Shown: positions 60,852 through 64,000 of the stretch, piece by piece
Layout: each line of letters opens with the position of its first letter
Numbering within the stretch: position 1 is the stretch's first letter
Origin: an uncultured Clostridia bacterium
GTDB lineage: Bacteria > Bacillota > Clostridia > Christensenellales > Borkfalkiaceae
Length of the DNA stretch: 64,000 bases
Reading direction: 5' to 3'
NCBI GenBank assembly: GCA_944340905.1
Contig: CALVLT010000008.1
Coordinates: 2,173-66,172 of the forward strand
Notes under the pieces: generated by a model
What the model was told of the DNA's origin: nothing
Databases searched by the model: none
Seen by the model: only the letters and a program-made list of their open reading frames with translations
Program-made: the position numbers and the translations under genes

Positions 60852-63025
60852 TACAGATGCAGGACTCTGTCCTTGATCTCCTGCGTTCTGCCCTGGTTCC
60901 AGAACTGCGTTCCGATATAGCCGCAGGTACGGCGGGCAACGTTCATCTTGCTCTGGTCGCGGTTATGGCAGTGCGGGCACTCCCAAACGAGCTTTCCGTC
61001 CGCATCCTCCACGATCTGGATCTCCCCGTCATAGCCGCACACCTGGCAGTAGTCGCTCTTGGTGTTCAGCTCCGCATACATGATATTGTCGTAGATATAC
61101 TGCATGACGGCAAGCACGGCGGGAATGTTGTTCTGCATGTTGGGCACTTCCACATAGGAGATGGCGCCGCCCGGCGAGAGCTGCTGGAATTCGCTCTCAA
61201 ACTTGAGCTTGGTGAACGCGTCGATCTGTTCACTGACGTGCACGTGATAGCTGTTCGTGATATAGTTCTTGTCCGTCACGCCGGGAATGACGCCGAAACG
61301 CTTTTGCAGGCACTTGGCGAACTTGTACGTTGTACTCTCGAGCGGCGTGCCGTACAGCGAGAAATCGATGTTCTCCTTTTCCTTCCACTCCTTGCACTTG
61401 TCGTTCATGTGCTGCATGACGGCGAGCGCGAAGGGCTTTGCCTCCTCATCGGTGTGGCTCTTGCCCGTCATATACTTGACGCACTCATACAGTCCCGCAT
61501 AGCCGAGCGAGATGGTGGAATATCCGCCGTAGAGGAGCTTGTCGATGGTCTCCCCCTTCTTCAGGCGCGCCAGCGCGCCGTACTGCCAGAGGATGGGCGC
61601 GGCGTCCGAGAGCGTGCCCTTCAGGCGGTTGTGGCGGTACATGAGCGCGCGGTAGCACAGCTCGAGGCGCTCGTCGAAGATCTTCCAGAACCGCTCCTCA
61701 TCGCCGCCCGACGAGAGCGCGACGTCCACGAGGTTGATGGTGACGACCCCCTGGTTGAACCTGCCGTAATACTTGGGCTTTCCGTTCTCGTCCACATAGG
61801 GCGTCAGGAAACTGCGGCAGCCCATGCAGGTGTAGCAGTGCCCTTCGCCGTTCTTGTCCACTTTGTATTTGAGCATCATCTTTTCGGAGATGTAGTCGGG
61901 CACCATGCGCTTTGCGGTGCACTTTGCCGCGAGCTGCGTTAAATACCAATACTTGCTGCCCTCGCGGACGTTGTCCTCCTCCAGAACGTAGATGAGCTTG
62001 GGGAATGCGGGTGTCACCCACACGCCCGATTCGTTCTTCACGCCGCGGATGCGCTGGTTGAGCGTCTCCTCGATGATGAGCGCAAGGTCGGAGCGCTCCT
62101 GCTCGCTGCGCGCCTCGCCCAGGTACATGAACACCGTGACGAAGGGCGCCTGCCCGTTGGTCGTGAGCAGCGTGACGACCTGATACTGAATGGTCTGAAT
62201 GCCCTTTGCGATCTCCGCTTTCAGGCGCTTTTCCGCGATCTTGGCGATGCGCTTTTCATCCGTGATGCCCAGGTCCTTGAGCTCGTCCGCAACGTCGGCA
62301 CGGATCTTCCGGCGGCTGACGTCCACAAAGGGCGCAAGGTGCGTGAGCGAAATGCTCTGCCCGCCGTACTGGTTGGAGGCGACCTGCGCGATGATCTGCG
62401 TGGCAATGTTGCACGCCGTCGAGAAGGAATGCGGCTTTTCGATGAACGTCCCCGAAATGACGGTTCCGTTCTGCAGCATATCCTCGAGATTGACGAGGTC
62501 GCAGTTGTGCATGTGCTGTGCGAAATAGTCGGCGTCGTGGAAGTGGATAAGCCCTTCGTCGTGCGCCTCGACGATCTCGCGGGACAGAAGGATGCGGCGC
62601 GTCAGGTCCTTGGAGACCTCGCCTGCCATGTAATCGCGCTGCACGGAGTTGACAGTCGGATTCTTGTTGGAATTCTCCTGCTTGACTTCCTCGTTGTTGC
62701 ACTCAATGAGCGTGAGGATCTGCGCGTCCGTCGTGTTCGCCTTACGCACGAGCGCACGGGAATAGCGGTACGTGATGTACTTGCGCGCCACGGCAAACGC
62801 CTTTTGATCCATGATCTGGTTTTCCACAAAATCCTGGATCTCCTCGACGTTGACCGCACGGTTCAGATCGCCCGCAAGCGCCGTCACCTTCTTGCAGATC
62901 AGCCCGATCTGTTCTTCAGTCAGGCGGTTGTCCTCGCTCACTTCGTTGTTTGCCTTGCGGATGGCGTTTTCGATTTTGGAAACGTCGAATGCAACTTCCG
63001 CACCATTGCGCTTGATGATCTTCAT
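60851..63025 (-). CDS. nrdD: anaerobic ribonucleoside-triphosphate reductase
   Basis: ATG 63025 (MKIIKRNGAEVAFD.. = ATP-cone). C-terminal Zn site CQVCGY..CPHCHN and glycyl-radical motif RRTCGYIG. Confidence 0.95.
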   Translation of the reverse strand: MKIIKRNGAEVAFDVSKIENAIRKANNEVSEDNRLTEEQIGLICKKVTALAGDLNRAVNVEEIQDFVENQIMDQKAFAVARKYITYRYSRALVRKANTTDAQILTLIECNNEEVKQENSNKNPTVNSVQRDYMAGEVSKDLTRRILLSREIVEAHDEGLIHFHDADYFAQHMHNCDLVNLEDMLQNGTVISGTFIEKPHSFSTACNIATQIIAQVASNQYGGQSISLTHLAPFVDVSRRKIRADVADELKDLGITDEKRIAKIAEKRLKAEIAKGIQTIQYQVVTLLTTNGQAPFVTVFMYLGEARSEQERSDLALIIEETLNQRIRGVKNESGVWVTPAFPKLIYVLEEDNVREGSKYWYLTQLAAKCTAKRMVPDYISEKMMLKYKVDKNGEGHCYTCMGCRSFLTPYVDENGKPKYYGRFNQGVVTINLVDVALSSGGDEERFWKIFDERLELCYRALMYRHNRLKGTLSDAAPILWQYGALARLKKGETIDKLLYGGYSTISLGYAGLYECVKYMTGKSHTDEEAKPFALAVMQHMNDKCKEWKEKENIDFSLYGTPLESTTYKFAKCLQKRFGVIPGVTDKNYITNSYHVHVSEQIDAFTKLKFESEFQQLSPGGAISYVEVPNMQNNIPAVLAVMQYIYDNIMYAELNTKSDYCQVCGYDGEIQIVEDADGKLVWECPHCHNRDQSKMNVARRTCGYIGTQFWNQGRTQEIKDRVLHL

Positions 63026-63094
63026 GGCTCTCTCCCTCTTGTCCTTTCCCTGAAAGGGCGTAAAAAGCGTTCCCCTTGCGGAGGGAACGCTTCT

Positions 63095-63123
63095 ATCATA
63101 CAACAACTTGTGGAATTTGTCAA
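63095..63123 (-). promoter_or_regulatory. nrdDG promoter
   Basis: - strand TTGACA-N17-TATGAT. Confidence 0.5.
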
Positions 63124-63130
63124 GGGTTTT

Positions 63131-63178
63131 CCACTATATTTTGATAAAATATTTTTTGCCGACCACTATATGTTGTGG
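63131..63178. promoter_or_regulatory. tandem NrdR boxes upstream of nrdDG
   Basis: - strand CCACAACATATAGTGG (63163..63178) and TATCAAAATATAGTGG (63131..63146), compared with the consensus acaCwAtATaTwGtgt. They are 32 bp apart and the proximal box ends 7 nt before the -35 element. Confidence 0.6.
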
Positions 63179-63251
63179 TCGAGGCGGATTTTGTCGTTTT
63201 TTGCCCGTGAAACAGAGGACGCAGAAATTTTCACGCGGGAGGGCGGGAATA

Positions 63252-63917
63252 TTACAGGAGGACGGTCCCGTTGATGACGAGCGAAAAGCGGCAGCCGAGG
63301 AACTGGGCGGCCTTTCTGGAGAGCTGCATGCGCCCGAAATAAATTTCAAAATAGTCCATGACGGAACAGATCGCCGTGTCGATCTCGATGTGCAGCGCGA
63401 TGACACTGCCCCCCTCTTCCACGCGCACATACGAGCGCTCGGCGGCAAGATTCACGCGGTCGTGAATGTTCGCTTGAAAGACGTCGCTCACGGCGTTCCT
63501 GACGCGGCTCTTGTGTACGTCCGCCTTGTCGGCGATGATGAGCGCGGAGGAGATGTCCGAAACGGGCTGCCCGTACTGTTCGTCATGATTGCCGATCGCC
63601 ATCATGATCTCCGCGGCATCGGGCGCGCTCATGCCGAGGCGGGTGAGAATCTTGTAGGAGAGGATGGCTCCGGACTGGGCATGATCCTTGCGGTTGATGC
63701 AGTTGCCGATGTCGTGCAGATAGCCCGCGATCTCCGCAAGGCGGATGCGGTCCTCCTCCTTGCCAAGTGCGCGCAGGATCTCCCCCGACCACTTGCTCAC
63801 AATGCCGGCATGGCGGCGGGAATGTTCGGTAAAGCCGAGCGCCTCGATCTGCTTTTCCGACATTTCCATGATCGCTTCGACTTCGCTGTCGCGCCGGATG
63901 GTGGCAAGATCGAGCAT
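63252..63917 (-). CDS. HD-domain phosphohydrolase-like protein
   Basis: 221 aa with H..HD (GYLHDIGN) and a later NHD motif. Confidence 0.7.
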   Translation of the reverse strand: MLDLATIRRDSEVEAIMEMSEKQIEALGFTEHSRRHAGIVSKWSGEILRALGKEEDRIRLAEIAGYLHDIGNCINRKDHAQSGAILSYKILTRLGMSAPDAAEIMMAIGNHDEQYGQPVSDISSALIIADKADVHKSRVRNAVSDVFQANIHDRVNLAAERSYVRVEEGGSVIALHIEIDTAICSVMDYFEIYFGRMQLSRKAAQFLGCRFSLVINGTVLL

Positions 63918-63918
63918 G

Positions 63919-64000
63919 TCAGAACTCCGTTACGCTGAGGCTCGCGTAAATTTCTTCGTACTTTGCCTTGGTGAAGGAGATGGTGTCAAACGTCGTCACC
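63919..64000 (-). CDS. 3' end of an unidentified gene continuing beyond the window
   Basis: The open frame ..VTTFDTISFTKAKYEEIYASLSVTEF* ends 1 nt before the HD gene ATG. It is too short to assign. Confidence 0.35.
   Translation of the reverse strand, partial: VTTFDTISFTKAKYEEIYASLSVTEF

Overview
This is a visibly GC-rich chromosomal window (about two-thirds G+C by eye, not computed) from an endospore-forming Firmicute. It looks Clostridia-like: spoIIIAA-AH, spoIVB, spoVG, gerW/ytfJ, GlgD and an IspH-S1 fusion are all present. In the left ~24 kb every gene is on the + strand. This block is syntenic with the B. subtilis order spoIIIA - asp23 - nusB - folD - ispA - dxs - tlyA - argR - recN - spoIVB, but xseAB and spo0A are absent and nadK is inserted. 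It continues with a PBP5-type carboxypeptidase, lysA, an M50 protease, scpAB, ytfI/gerW, a second DD-carboxypeptidase and rluB. Transcription converges at ~24.1 kb. The right ~38 kb is almost entirely on the - strand: a TIGR04076-like gene, lexA, a decayed aldo/keto-reductase pseudogene, hflX, an XerS-like tyrosine recombinase, the glycogen operon glgB-C-D-A-P plus a GH13 enzyme, ilvC, murC, a cold-shock protein, htpG, ispH-rpsA, plsC, an aroH-cmk fusion, a flavoprotein, a TVP38 membrane protein, rnhA, proC, tRNA-Trp, DUF1848, an RsmB/F-like methyltransferase, flavodoxin, a COG0523 pair, an M29 aminopeptidase, nrdDG and an HD protein. I found no CRISPR array, no recognisable defence island and no intact mobile element. 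The most unusual signals are these. (1) A ~26-nt AT-rich quasi-palindrome (AGTACTATGTC-W-GACATAAT..) occurs six times regardless of coding context, twice in the same frame inside unrelated genes. (2) The strand-convergence zone looks like a terminus and carries an XerS-like recombinase next to an AT-rich, palindrome-dense spacer. (3) The 3' end of tRNA-Trp is triplicated by a 147-bp tandem repeat. (4) An orphan pair of NrdR-type boxes lies upstream of a DUF1848 gene. (5) Promoters repeatedly have a -10 box ending 5-9 nt before the start codon, which suggests leaderless mRNAs. All functional interpretations of these signals are inference.
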